Source: an uncultured Candidatus Saccharibacteria bacterium
GTDB lineage: Bacteria > Patescibacteriota > Doudnabacteria > UBA920
Length of the DNA: 64,000 nucleotides
NCBI GenBank assembly: GCA_964536745.1
Contig: CAZHYL010000001.1
Coordinates: forward strand, 76,961 to 140,960
Direction of reading: 5' to 3'
Position 1 is the first letter of the stretch. Every line of letters begins with the position of its first letter. The notes beneath the pieces are model-generated. The model was not told the DNA's origin and ran no database searches. It worked only from the letters and a program-made list of their open reading frames with translations. The position numbers and the translations under genes were made by a program. Positions 46,295-54,116 of this stretch are shown here, piece by piece.

Positions 46295-47029
46295 TTGGAT
46301 TTAGCAGATTTTGGAATGCTGGTTAACTCAATGGACGGTAATCGTGGAGGCGATGGGGATTCTGGTTCAATATTCCCTCGTTCCGACGCAACCGACCTCG
46401 GCAATGGTGCACGTTTCATTCCTGGCGAAGTCACTACGGCGCGACGAGCAGGAAAGAAAGTGCAATTTCAGCAGCCCTGCAAGAATCAGTGTTGTTGGTT
46501 CTGGCAAATGCCAGATGGATCAAGAATCTATCACTACGAGATCTCTTCGAGCGAGCAGTTGAAGAAAGAAAATGAAGGGGTTTGCCCGAATTGTGGGAAC
46601 GATTACATCAATGGCGGAACGATGTCAGTAGAGCAAGCCACGGCCCACAATCAAAAAACAACTGTCACCAATACCGCGACGCTTCCCAATGTAAGGAAGG
46701 CCGCCGTCGATGTTCTCGAAATCAATGATCCCACTTTCATTTACAATCAGGAAGCCGCCGGTCAAGAAGAGCTCGTCAAGAGCGACACCTTACCGAGCAA
46801 TATAGATAGTGAATCAAAGAAGATTCTTGAAGAAGCGGGAGTTAAATTCGGTAACCCTGTTGATGGCGATCCCATCTTCACTTACGCCGAACTCCCAGCA
46901 GGTTGGAAAAAAGTCCCCACCGATCATTCAATGTGGTCAAACCTCGTCGACGAGACAGGTAAAGTCAGAGCGCAAATCTTTTACAAAGCCGCGTGCTACG
47001 ACCGCAGAGCAAACATCCATCTTGTCTGA
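46295..47029 (+). CDS. Hypothetical protein with CxxC clusters; GC-rich relative to the flanks; TTG start
   Basis: SD GGAGGA 6 nt before the TTG at 46295; CKNQCCWFWQ...CPNCGN zinc-ribbon-like motifs; local GC is visibly higher (~50%) than the window average. Confidence 0.5.
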   Translation: MDLADFGMLVNSMDGNRGGDGDSGSIFPRSDATDLGNGARFIPGEVTTARRAGKKVQFQQPCKNQCCWFWQMPDGSRIYHYEISSSEQLKKENEGVCPNCGNDYINGGTMSVEQATAHNQKTTVTNTATLPNVRKAAVDVLEINDPTFIYNQEAAGQEELVKSDTLPSNIDSESKKILEEAGVKFGNPVDGDPIFTYAELPAGWKKVPTDHSMWSNLVDETGKVRAQIFYKAACYDRRANIHLV

Positions 47030-47057
47030 AACTGAAAATCCACAATCTATCACGAGG

Positions 47058-47087
47058 CACGCTTGCAAATGCGAGTGTGTCTTTTTT
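47058..47087 (+). terminator. Rho-independent terminator after the GC-rich gene
   Basis: 9-bp stem with two G-U pairs (cacgcttgc/gcgagtgtg), loop aaat, followed by TCTTTTTT. Confidence 0.5.
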
Positions 47088-47092
47088 ATACC

Positions 47093-47121
47093 TTGACGAT
47101 TTTTATAAAATGTGGTAAAGT
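47093..47121 (+). promoter_or_regulatory. Sigma-70 promoter with extended -10 for csp (TTGACG-17-TGgTAAAGT)
   Basis: -35 TTGACG, 17-nt spacer, TGn-extended -10; about 80-nt 5' UTR, as is typical of cold-shock genes. Confidence 0.4.
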
Positions 47122-47202
47122 TAGTAAATCAAGTTTATCTCTAGGAAAAATCGTCGAGCTCCAATATATATTTAAATTTGCTTTATTATTTAAATTACAA
47201 CT

Positions 47203-47400
47203 ATGAACGGTGTAGTCAAGAAAAAGACTGACAAGGGTTTTGGATTCATCACCCCTGAAGGTTCTGACAAAGACTTATTCTTCCATAGCAATTCTCTCGT
47301 TGGGGTTTCCTTTGACGAAATTCGTGAAGGTGACAATGTTACTTTCGAAGAAGAAGATTCTGCTAAAGGTAAGAATGCTGTAAACGTACAACGCGTTTAA
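47203..47400 (+). CDS. cspA: Cold-shock protein (CspA family)
   Basis: RNP1 motif KGFGFI and RNP2 motif FFHS, 65 aa. Confidence 0.9.
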   Translation: MNGVVKKKTDKGFGFITPEGSDKDLFFHSNSLVGVSFDEIREGDNVTFEEEDSAKGKNAVNVQRV

Positions 47401-47412
47401 TCTTTAAAGCTT

Positions 47413-47438
47413 AAAACCGCCCATTGGGCGGTTTTTTG
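47413..47438. terminator. Bidirectional rho-independent terminator
   Basis: accgccc-att-gggcggt with an A-run before and TTTTTT after. Confidence 0.65.
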
Positions 47439-47460
47439 TTTATAAATGATGATTACTGAA

Positions 47461-48825
47461 CTAAGTAAGGGCCCAAATTGCCCCGACTGCCGAGACAGTC
47501 ATCAAAACTAAAGCAGTATAACCAAATATTTTTGAAAGCATTCCATTCGCCCATTTCCCCATCAGTGATTTATCACTAGAAATCCGAACTATGAAATACA
47601 AAATGATTGGTGAAATTATTCCATTTAATACAGCAGAATATATTAAAGCATGGATTGGATTAATGCCTACCATATTTAAGATGAACCCTAAGACCATAGC
47701 AAAGATAATTACTCCATAAAATGCATAAGCATGACGTAAACCTCTGCTAAATCCAAATGACCAATGAAAACTTTCTGATAAAGCATACGCCGCACTGCCA
47801 GCTAAGACAGGGACAGCTAAAAGACCGGTACCAATAATACCCAATGCGAAAAGAGTGTAAGCTTGACTACCAGCAAGCGGTAGCAGTGCCCTTGCGGCAT
47901 CTTCAGCTGTATTAACTTCAATCCCTTGAGGAAATAGCACAGCAGCCGAAGTTACAATTACGAAAAACATTACTATATTAGACAACGTCATTCCCACGAA
48001 TACATCGAAGCGCATTCTACTAATTTCAGACTTCCTCACAGACTGATGGCGGAGTTTTACATTAATCTTTCCACTCATTCTGCGTTCCTCAACCTCTTGA
48101 GCTGTTTGCCAAAAGAATAAATATGGAGAAATTGTTGTTCCAAGGATAGCAGTGATCAAAATAAAACTATCCCGATTCAGTTCAAACATTGGCAACAAAG
48201 TTCTATGCCAAATTTCTGGCCACGGTAGATAATCTAAACTCAAAGCTGTAACTATATAGAGGAGCAGAACCAGCGTTAAATACTTTAGATACCTAGCGTA
48301 ACTTGAGTAAGAAACAAAAACCTGCAACGATAAACTGATAATAGTGAACAGTAACAGGTATGTTAAAAAATTAACGCTTGGAAAAATTAACTGAGCAGCC
48401 TTACTCATTGCTCCAAGATCGGCGCCCAAGTTAAAAACATTAGTAATAAACAATATCGCCGCCAATGAATACAGGACTACCTTTGGGTAACGCAAACGGA
48501 TATTGCCAGCCAAACCCCGCCCTGTAGCAATACCAATCCGAGCGCACATCTCTTGTACTGCTATCATTAATGGCCAAGTGAATAAGGCTGTCCATAACAA
48601 AGCAAAGCCAAATTTTGCACCAGCCTGTGAGTAAGTTGCGATCCCTGAAGGGTCATCATCCGATGCCCCTGTCGTTAAACCAGGGCCCACTGCATACCAA
48701 TAGCCTTCTGCCTCTCGTAAAGGTCGTCTAATATTAGTCAAAGCCTGCTCACTTTTAACAATAACCTCGTCCAAAGCCTTGGCTGGGGCTTCTGCTATCT
48801 CGGTAATAATTTTTTCTGTTTTCAT
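47461..48825 (-). CDS. mntH: NRAMP-family divalent metal (Mn2+/Fe2+) transporter
   Basis: DPSGIATYSQAG signature and about 11 TM helices. Confidence 0.85.
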   Translation of the reverse strand: MKTEKIITEIAEAPAKALDEVIVKSEQALTNIRRPLREAEGYWYAVGPGLTTGASDDDPSGIATYSQAGAKFGFALLWTALFTWPLMIAVQEMCARIGIATGRGLAGNIRLRYPKVVLYSLAAILFITNVFNLGADLGAMSKAAQLIFPSVNFLTYLLLFTIISLSLQVFVSYSSYARYLKYLTLVLLLYIVTALSLDYLPWPEIWHRTLLPMFELNRDSFILITAILGTTISPYLFFWQTAQEVEERRMSGKINVKLRHQSVRKSEISRMRFDVFVGMTLSNIVMFFVIVTSAAVLFPQGIEVNTAEDAARALLPLAGSQAYTLFALGIIGTGLLAVPVLAGSAAYALSESFHWSFGFSRGLRHAYAFYGVIIFAMVLGFILNMVGINPIHALIYSAVLNGIISPIILYFIVRISSDKSLMGKWANGMLSKIFGYTALVLMTVSAVGAIWALT

Positions 48826-48941
48826 TTTGATTTCAGAACCTTTTGATTAAGGTAATTATCTCATATTTTATGGCTTTGACAAAATCCACAATAAAAGTTA
48901 TAATTTACACCAGTTAAAGATAATCTTTCTAAATAAGAGCA

Positions 48942-49448
48942 TTGCAAAAAACTCGTATAAATAAGCAAATCACGGCTCCTGAAATCAGGTTGCTAAATGA
49001 TATGGGCGAACAGCTTGGAATTTTTCCAGTCTCTGAAGCCCTAAAATTAGCAGAAGAGCATGATTTAGATTTAGTGGAAATTTCCCCACACGCGCAGCCA
49101 CCTGTTGTGAAGTTAATAAGCTTCGACAAGTTCAAGTATCAGCAAAAGAAGCTTGAACAGCAACAAAAGAAGCGCGTTAAAAAAGTGGAAGTTAAAACCG
49201 TAAGACTTGGTGCTAAAACAGCTAGTCACGATATCGCTACTAAAGCTAAACAAGCCGACCAATTCCTGCAAGATGGTGATTGGGTAAAGCTAGAATTACG
49301 CATGAGAGGCAGAGAACAAGCCTTTTTGGATCTTGCTCAAGCTCAACTAGAAAGTTTTAAAACTGCTCTATCCGCCCCCTATCGGATTGAGGTGCCTCCT
49401 AAACGAGCCGGAAATACATTAAGTATGACCTTAGCTCCCTCAAAATAA
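48942..49448 (+). CDS. infC: Translation initiation factor IF-3
   Basis: INKQITAPEIRLL...; heads an infC-rpmI-rplT operon. The start is non-AUG (TTG at 48942 or the in-frame ATA at 48933). Confidence 0.85.
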   Translation: MQKTRINKQITAPEIRLLNDMGEQLGIFPVSEALKLAEEHDLDLVEISPHAQPPVVKLISFDKFKYQQKKLEQQQKKRVKKVEVKTVRLGAKTASHDIATKAKQADQFLQDGDWVKLELRMRGREQAFLDLAQAQLESFKTALSAPYRIEVPPKRAGNTLSMTLAPSK

Positions 49449-49458
49449 TTTATTTATT

Positions 49459-49653
49459 ATGCCTAAATTAAAAACTCATCAAGGAACAGCTAAGCGTTTC
49501 CGAAAAACTAAATCCGGAAAAATTATGCACCGCACCAGTGGTCAGGACCATTTCAATACTCGTGAGACTGGTAAAGTTGTAAAGAATAAACGCCGTGATT
49601 CTAGTTTAAGCCCAGCTAATAAGCGCGTTGCTAAACTAATCGTTCACAAATAA
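49459..49653 (+). CDS. rpmI: 50S ribosomal protein L35
   Basis: MPKLKTHQGTAKRFRKTKSGKI... Confidence 0.9.
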   Translation: MPKLKTHQGTAKRFRKTKSGKIMHRTSGQDHFNTRETGKVVKNKRRDSSLSPANKRVAKLIVHK

Positions 49654-49672
49654 TCTATCCAATTAATATCCT

Positions 49673-50020
49673 ATGACAAGAATCAAACGAGGCGTTGCTG
49701 CGAGCAAGCGCCGTAAGAATTTAATAAAAAGAGCTAAAGGTTTTGATAACCGCCGTAGCACTAACTTTGCTCAGGCCCGCGAAGCTCTTCTAAAAGCTGA
49801 TACCTATGCCTACCGAGACCGTCGTAACAAAAAGCGCGATCAACGTGCATTATGGTTAGTAAGACTAGGAGCAGCTCTTCGCGAGAACGGAACCACTTGG
49901 AGTAAATTCGCATCAGTCTTAAAGAAGCAAGGAATTGCACTTAACCGTAAAGTTCTTTCTGAAATAGCTATAAAGGCACCTGCAGGATTCGACAAGATGG
50001 TTGCAGACCTTACAAAGTAA
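49673..50020 (+). CDS. rplT: 50S ribosomal protein L20
   Basis: MTRIKRGVAASKRRKNLIKRAKGF... Confidence 0.9.
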   Translation: MTRIKRGVAASKRRKNLIKRAKGFDNRRSTNFAQAREALLKADTYAYRDRRNKKRDQRALWLVRLGAALRENGTTWSKFASVLKKQGIALNRKVLSEIAIKAPAGFDKMVADLTK

Positions 50021-50026
50021 TACTAA

Positions 50027-50052
50027 GAAAACCTTCAATGAAGGTTTTCTTT
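50027..50052 (+). terminator. Rho-independent terminator after rplT
   Basis: aaaaccttc-aatg-gaaggtttt followed by a T-run. Confidence 0.55.
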
Positions 50053-50056
50053 TTAA

Positions 50057-50088
50057 ATAAAAAACCCCTGCAAACGCAGGGGTTTTTG
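50057..50088. terminator. Second, bidirectional terminator hairpin
   Basis: Perfect 7-bp stem cccctgc/gcagggg with loop aaac, an A-run upstream and TTTTT downstream; also serves the minus-strand gene ending at 50098. Confidence 0.6.
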
Positions 50089-50097
50089 TGAACCAAA

Positions 50098-50745
50098 TTA
50101 TTTGGTTGGTGTAGCTGGAGCTTGTGTAGCTGGAGCTTGGGTAGCAGGAGCTTGTGTAGCTGGAGCTTGCTGTGTGTTTTGTGCTGGAGGATTCTTTTGG
50201 TATTCACGAATCGCAGTCATCACACGACCATCTTCTTTGATATCTTCGTAGAATAAGATTTGGTCTCGGTTGATCTTCATTTCGTCTACAGGACCATGAA
50301 GTTCATTACCTAACTTAACTAAAGATAATTGAGCTTGTGCTTGAGCTTGTGCTTGAGTCTGAGCTGCAGTTGGCTGCCCGCCAGTCCCTTGGGAAGCTTG
50401 TTGTACTGGAGGCTGGGTTACCTGAAGATAATAAATATCGTTCAATGTAGCGTAGGTTGCACTTACATCGGATAATTTACCGAAATAAACTTGTCCGTTA
50501 GTAAGGAATACTGCTTGATAACCAGAAAGCTGTTGCTCTTCTGTTTGAGTTGCTGTACCATCATCTTTTCCAGGGAATAGCTTATCTCGGAACAAGATTG
50601 CTGCGATAATGATAACCAAAACTACTACTGCTAATACAATCCATGGCATGTTATTGCCATTACCGGAACCCATGCGAGAAGGCATGCCTCCACCTAAAGA
50701 ATCACCACGGCCGTCTGGACGACCAACACGAATATCATCTGACAT
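50098..50745 (-). CDS. Bitopic membrane protein with tandem AQ/TQ and (PATQA)x4 repeats
   Basis: Gly-rich N-terminus, one TM helix, C-terminal repeats AQTQAQAQAQAQ and PATQAPATQAPATQAPATPTK. Confidence 0.55.
   Translation of the reverse strand: MSDDIRVGRPDGRGDSLGGGMPSRMGSGNGNNMPWIVLAVVVLVIIIAAILFRDKLFPGKDDGTATQTEEQQLSGYQAVFLTNGQVYFGKLSDVSATYATLNDIYYLQVTQPPVQQASQGTGGQPTAAQTQAQAQAQAQLSLVKLGNELHGPVDEMKINRDQILFYEDIKEDGRVMTAIREYQKNPPAQNTQQAPATQAPATQAPATQAPATPTK
50111..50170. repeat. Four tandem copies of the 15-nt unit gtagctggagcttgt (coding the PATQA repeats)
   Basis: Directly visible: gtagctggagcttgt / gtagctggagcttgg / gtagcaggagcttgt / gtagctggagcttgc. Confidence 0.85.
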
Positions 50746-50796
50746 AAAATTTATTTTAAATAATTAATTAAACTCACTTCCCTCCAGTTGTTCGAC

Positions 50797-51336
50797 CTAA
50801 CACCTCATAGAGATGGTGGTATACATATTTTGCCTGTCGGCATGATAATCATAAAGTGAAAGTTTTGCGTAATCCGACCTTACTTCCGCGCTAAATTTTA
50901 GCCTCCCCACTACAAATGCGGTTGATTGCGGGATAGCTGGCAAGTTCCGCGAGTCTTGGATAGGCGACAAACCATCTTCAGTATATAGATCTTTAATTTC
51001 TAGGCTTGCAACTTTTACTGAAGGGACGTCTGATGGTGCTGTTACAACTCGCAGACTTTGGGTTTGGGTTTGGGTTTGAACTTCTAATGAATCGCAAGCT
51101 TGCCAGATTAACCAGTCGATTCTTTCTAGAGAAAGACCAGAGAAACCACATAAACTTGCTGTATTGGCCTCAGAAACAACCACACTCGATGAAGAAGTGC
51201 TACTCACCACTTCTATCGGTACCTGAGTAGATTCCGGCTCCACAACGCTCACAGAGCTTCCACTTGCCACTTGAGGGCCCAGAAGTCCTAATAATAAGCT
51301 TGCGCTTGCTAAAATTTTAATAAATATTGATTTCAT
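50797..51336 (-). CDS. Secreted protein with Ser/Val-rich segments and a QTQTQTQ repeat
   Basis: Signal peptide; (tttggg)x3 hexamer repeat at 51056-51077; 4-nt overlap with the upstream gene. Confidence 0.5.
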   Translation of the reverse strand: MKSIFIKILASASLLLGLLGPQVASGSSVSVVEPESTQVPIEVVSSTSSSSVVVSEANTASLCGFSGLSLERIDWLIWQACDSLEVQTQTQTQSLRVVTAPSDVPSVKVASLEIKDLYTEDGLSPIQDSRNLPAIPQSTAFVVGRLKFSAEVRSDYAKLSLYDYHADRQNMYTTISMRC

Positions 51337-52175
51337 TCTTGTATAGTAACCGAATCACCAGCGACTTGAGGTACAACCTCGGCATCATTTTGATGATAAT
51401 AAATTGTCTGAGCAACTGAAGGCACCTGCATCTCTGGCAAAAGAGCTAAAATACCAATCGGGATTGCTACTAACATTACTGCTAAAGCTGGCCATAACCA
51501 AACCCATTGCTTGGCTGGCTCAGAAATTGCTTCGGGAGCATCTATAACAGTAATTAAACCCTCTGGCTTAGTAACTGTCCTAGAAACAACACTTAAGCTA
51601 GGTGAAAAATTCTCTGTAAGGTCAATTTTCTGTTTGGCTTGGCTTGCTAAAGCGTGGATCATCTGTTCATGTTCTACTAATTTCTGGTTGATAGACTGAA
51701 CATTAACTGCAATTTGCAGTACTTCCTGCTTAAGAGAATCCAGCTTCATCCTTGTAATAAGACTTTGAACAGAATGTTCTGCTCTAGCAGGTACTTGGGT
51801 ACGCAAAGCAATATCCATTCCTTCCACCTCGCTGATGACTTCACTATCCACAACTACCGAGTTCCTTACTTTTACAATATCAGTTACCTGTCTCTGGATT
51901 GGTGTGACCTGCTTCACACTCTGAACCTGCTCCATAACTACCTCACTTGCAGAACCTGTGTCTTCATCCGAGTCTTCGAGATCTAAACCTTGGCCAGAAA
52001 GAAGTATCTTTAGCTCTGTCTGCGTGGTGTACCAATTTCTCCCGATTTTATCAGCTCTTATTTTGCCCATACGACAAAGCTGACCCAAATAATCCTGGTG
52101 ATACCCAGATATTTCGGCAGCTTGTGACAGTGAGATACGGTGTGGAAATTGAGATTGTGTTAAAGTAGAATCCAC
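51333..52175 (-). CDS. Membrane protein with an N-terminal excisionase/MerR-like HTH (HTH_17) and a C-terminal TM helix
   Basis: ISLSQAAEISGYHQDYLGQLCRMGKIRADKIGRNWYT HTH; TM WVWLWPALAVMLVAIPIGILALL near the C-terminus. Confidence 0.55.
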   Translation of the reverse strand: MDSTLTQSQFPHRISLSQAAEISGYHQDYLGQLCRMGKIRADKIGRNWYTTQTELKILLSGQGLDLEDSDEDTGSASEVVMEQVQSVKQVTPIQRQVTDIVKVRNSVVVDSEVISEVEGMDIALRTQVPARAEHSVQSLITRMKLDSLKQEVLQIAVNVQSINQKLVEHEQMIHALASQAKQKIDLTENFSPSLSVVSRTVTKPEGLITVIDAPEAISEPAKQWVWLWPALAVMLVAIPIGILALLPEMQVPSVAQTIYYHQNDAEVVPQVAGDSVTIQE

Positions 52176-52306
52176 GATTTTATGAATTTGATTTCTTTTT
52201 CACTTGAATTTAAATCTAGAAATATTATAGCATATTTTGAAAGTAAAGGGAGGTTTTGTCAACTTATTTAACTTTTTATACTTGACGGTATGAAAACTAA
52301 AAAGGT

Positions 52307-52816
52307 ATGATGAAATCACGTTATTATTTTAAATTCATGCCCAGACCGCTAGCTAAATTCTCTCAAGATATTCTGTTGTTTTTGCAGAAACAAGGCCCAC
52401 AAATGCTCCATCAATTATATAAAGAGTTCGATGGCCAAGCAAATAAAAAGAAAATATACGACACCATATTCCGACTTCAAACTCAAGGAGTTGTAAATTT
52501 ACACAATGATCGCTACAGCGTGAGTGATGATGCCAGCATACTTATGCACACCATCACTAAGCAACGAGATGGAATTTGGAAGATGGTTATTTTTGATATC
52601 CCCGAAACCCAACGCCAAGTGCGTAACGTACTTCGAGCAAAACTTATCTCATTAGGTTTCAAAAAATGGCAAAATAGTATCTGGATGTGTCCCTATACCC
52701 TAGCACCAGAGATTGAAGCTGAATTAAATGAACTAGCGAAGAAATTTTTTATCCGTCTGATTAAAACCTCGGATATCAATGTAACTGAAGATTTAGAAAA
52801 GTTGTTTAAGGATTAA
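52307..52816 (+). CDS. Small winged-helix plus Cas2-fold (PaaX C-terminal-like) putative regulator
   Basis: C-terminal WKMVIFDIPETQRQVRNVLRAKLISLGFKKWQNSIWMC matches the PaaX_C/Cas2-like pattern. A TTGACG-18-TATGAT promoter-like motif overlaps the annotated ATG, so the true start may be the Met at 52337. Confidence 0.5.
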   Translation: MMKSRYYFKFMPRPLAKFSQDILLFLQKQGPQMLHQLYKEFDGQANKKKIYDTIFRLQTQGVVNLHNDRYSVSDDASILMHTITKQRDGIWKMVIFDIPETQRQVRNVLRAKLISLGFKKWQNSIWMCPYTLAPEIEAELNELAKKFFIRLIKTSDINVTEDLEKLFKD

Positions 52817-53064
52817 AAAACCAGCCTGCAATAGCTGGCTGGATTGACTCCGATCTTTTCCCTTAGCAGAACCCGCCTCGGAAGAAAATGTAAAAAGCTG
52901 CTCTTATCATTAAGATAAACATTGTTTCCCTCCTAAATTTCTGGCTTAGTAACTTAGCTAGAGCAGTATAGCCCAAACCAGCTCATTTGACAAGAAACTA
53001 AAATATAAACTTACGCAATAAAAATACGCTACCTAGACGGTCTAAGTAGCGTATTTATGATAAT

Positions 53065-54099
53065 TTACCAATCCAGAGTGCCGCCGGTTTGGTACTCGAT
53101 GACACGAGTTTCAAAGAAATTCTTTTCTTTATTCAAATCTACAGCTTCACTCATCCAAGGGAATGGATTCTCGACATTATACTGGGTTGGTAAACCAACA
53201 CTGCTTAAGCGGCGGTCAGCAATATGTTCGATATACTGCTTGAACCCTTCAGCGTTCATTCCAAAGATTCCCTTAGGAAAGACGGTTTGAGCGAAAGTAT
53301 ATTCCAAAACGGTTGCTTCTTTTACCAACGCTACCATTTTAGCTTGGAACTCCGGTGTCCAAATTTCTGGCTGTTCTTGCTTGATAGTATTTATAAGATA
53401 TATTCCAAAGTTTAAGTGCATTGATTCGTCACGCATAATATATTGAATCTGTTCGGCGCTTCCGACCATTTTCTTCTGTCTCTGAAAACCAAACATCACG
53501 GCAAATGCGCTATAGAAGAAAATACCTTCCATAATTAATGAAAATACAACGATATTTTCTACAAACTTTTGATCGCTTTCTAATGTTCCGGTCTTAAAGT
53601 TAGGATCAAAAATTCCTTCATTGAAAGTCAGAATAAACGAAGCTTTATTGTAAATTGAATCGATTTCTCGATACATGTTAAAGATTTTACCCTCATCCAT
53701 TGCCAAGCTTTCTACAATATATTGATAAGCGTGAGTATGGATAGCTTCTTCAAAGGCCTGGCGTAATAAATACATTCTTACCTCAGGTGAAGTAATATGC
53801 CTGTAAGTGGCCATCACAATATTATTAGCAGCAATAGAGTCTGCGGTTGTAAAGAACCCTAAAACAGTCTCGAATGCCTGTCGTTCATCGGCAGAAAGAA
53901 CATTAGAATTTTTCCATTGTTCAATGTCTAACTGCATGCCGATTTCAGTTGGTAGCCAGTGATTAGCATTAGCAGCTAAGTAAGTATCCCAAGCGTACTT
54001 ATGCTTCATTGGATATAGCTGAATTACATCCGCATCTTTTCCATTTATGATTTTACGATCGTTGATATTTACTCTCTGATTAGTTTTTTGAATTGGCAT
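53065..54099 (-). CDS. nrdB: Ribonucleotide reductase class Ia beta subunit (R2)
   Basis: Ferritin-like diiron ligands (EEAIHTHAY, MRDESMHLNF) and the radical Tyr region. Confidence 0.9.
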   Translation of the reverse strand: MPIQKTNQRVNINDRKIINGKDADVIQLYPMKHKYAWDTYLAANANHWLPTEIGMQLDIEQWKNSNVLSADERQAFETVLGFFTTADSIAANNIVMATYRHITSPEVRMYLLRQAFEEAIHTHAYQYIVESLAMDEGKIFNMYREIDSIYNKASFILTFNEGIFDPNFKTGTLESDQKFVENIVVFSLIMEGIFFYSAFAVMFGFQRQKKMVGSAEQIQYIMRDESMHLNFGIYLINTIKQEQPEIWTPEFQAKMVALVKEATVLEYTFAQTVFPKGIFGMNAEGFKQYIEHIADRRLSSVGLPTQYNVENPFPWMSEAVDLNKEKNFFETRVIEYQTGGTLDW

Positions 54100-54116
54100 A
54101 GAATTCTAAAGATTAA

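Noticed and set aside
45742-46562. ORF-track proteins 45742-45981 (79 aa) and 46311-46562 (83 aa)
   Set aside because: 45742-45981 lies over the tmRNA gene and its promoter; its C-terminus is simply the tmRNA tag reading frame. 46311-46562 is an alternative frame inside the better-supported 46295-47029 gene.
47030-47200. Search for an attR copy of the tmRNA 3' end downstream of the GC-rich gene
   Set aside because: Only a weak, short similarity (gagctcca) was found and no integrase is present, so island boundaries cannot be claimed from this sequence alone.
50111-50372. Possible CRISPR-like short repeats
   Set aside because: The 15-nt and 12-nt repeats are contiguous with no spacers and lie in-frame inside a coding region (PATQA/AQTQ repeats). 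No CRISPR array or cas genes are present anywhere in the window.
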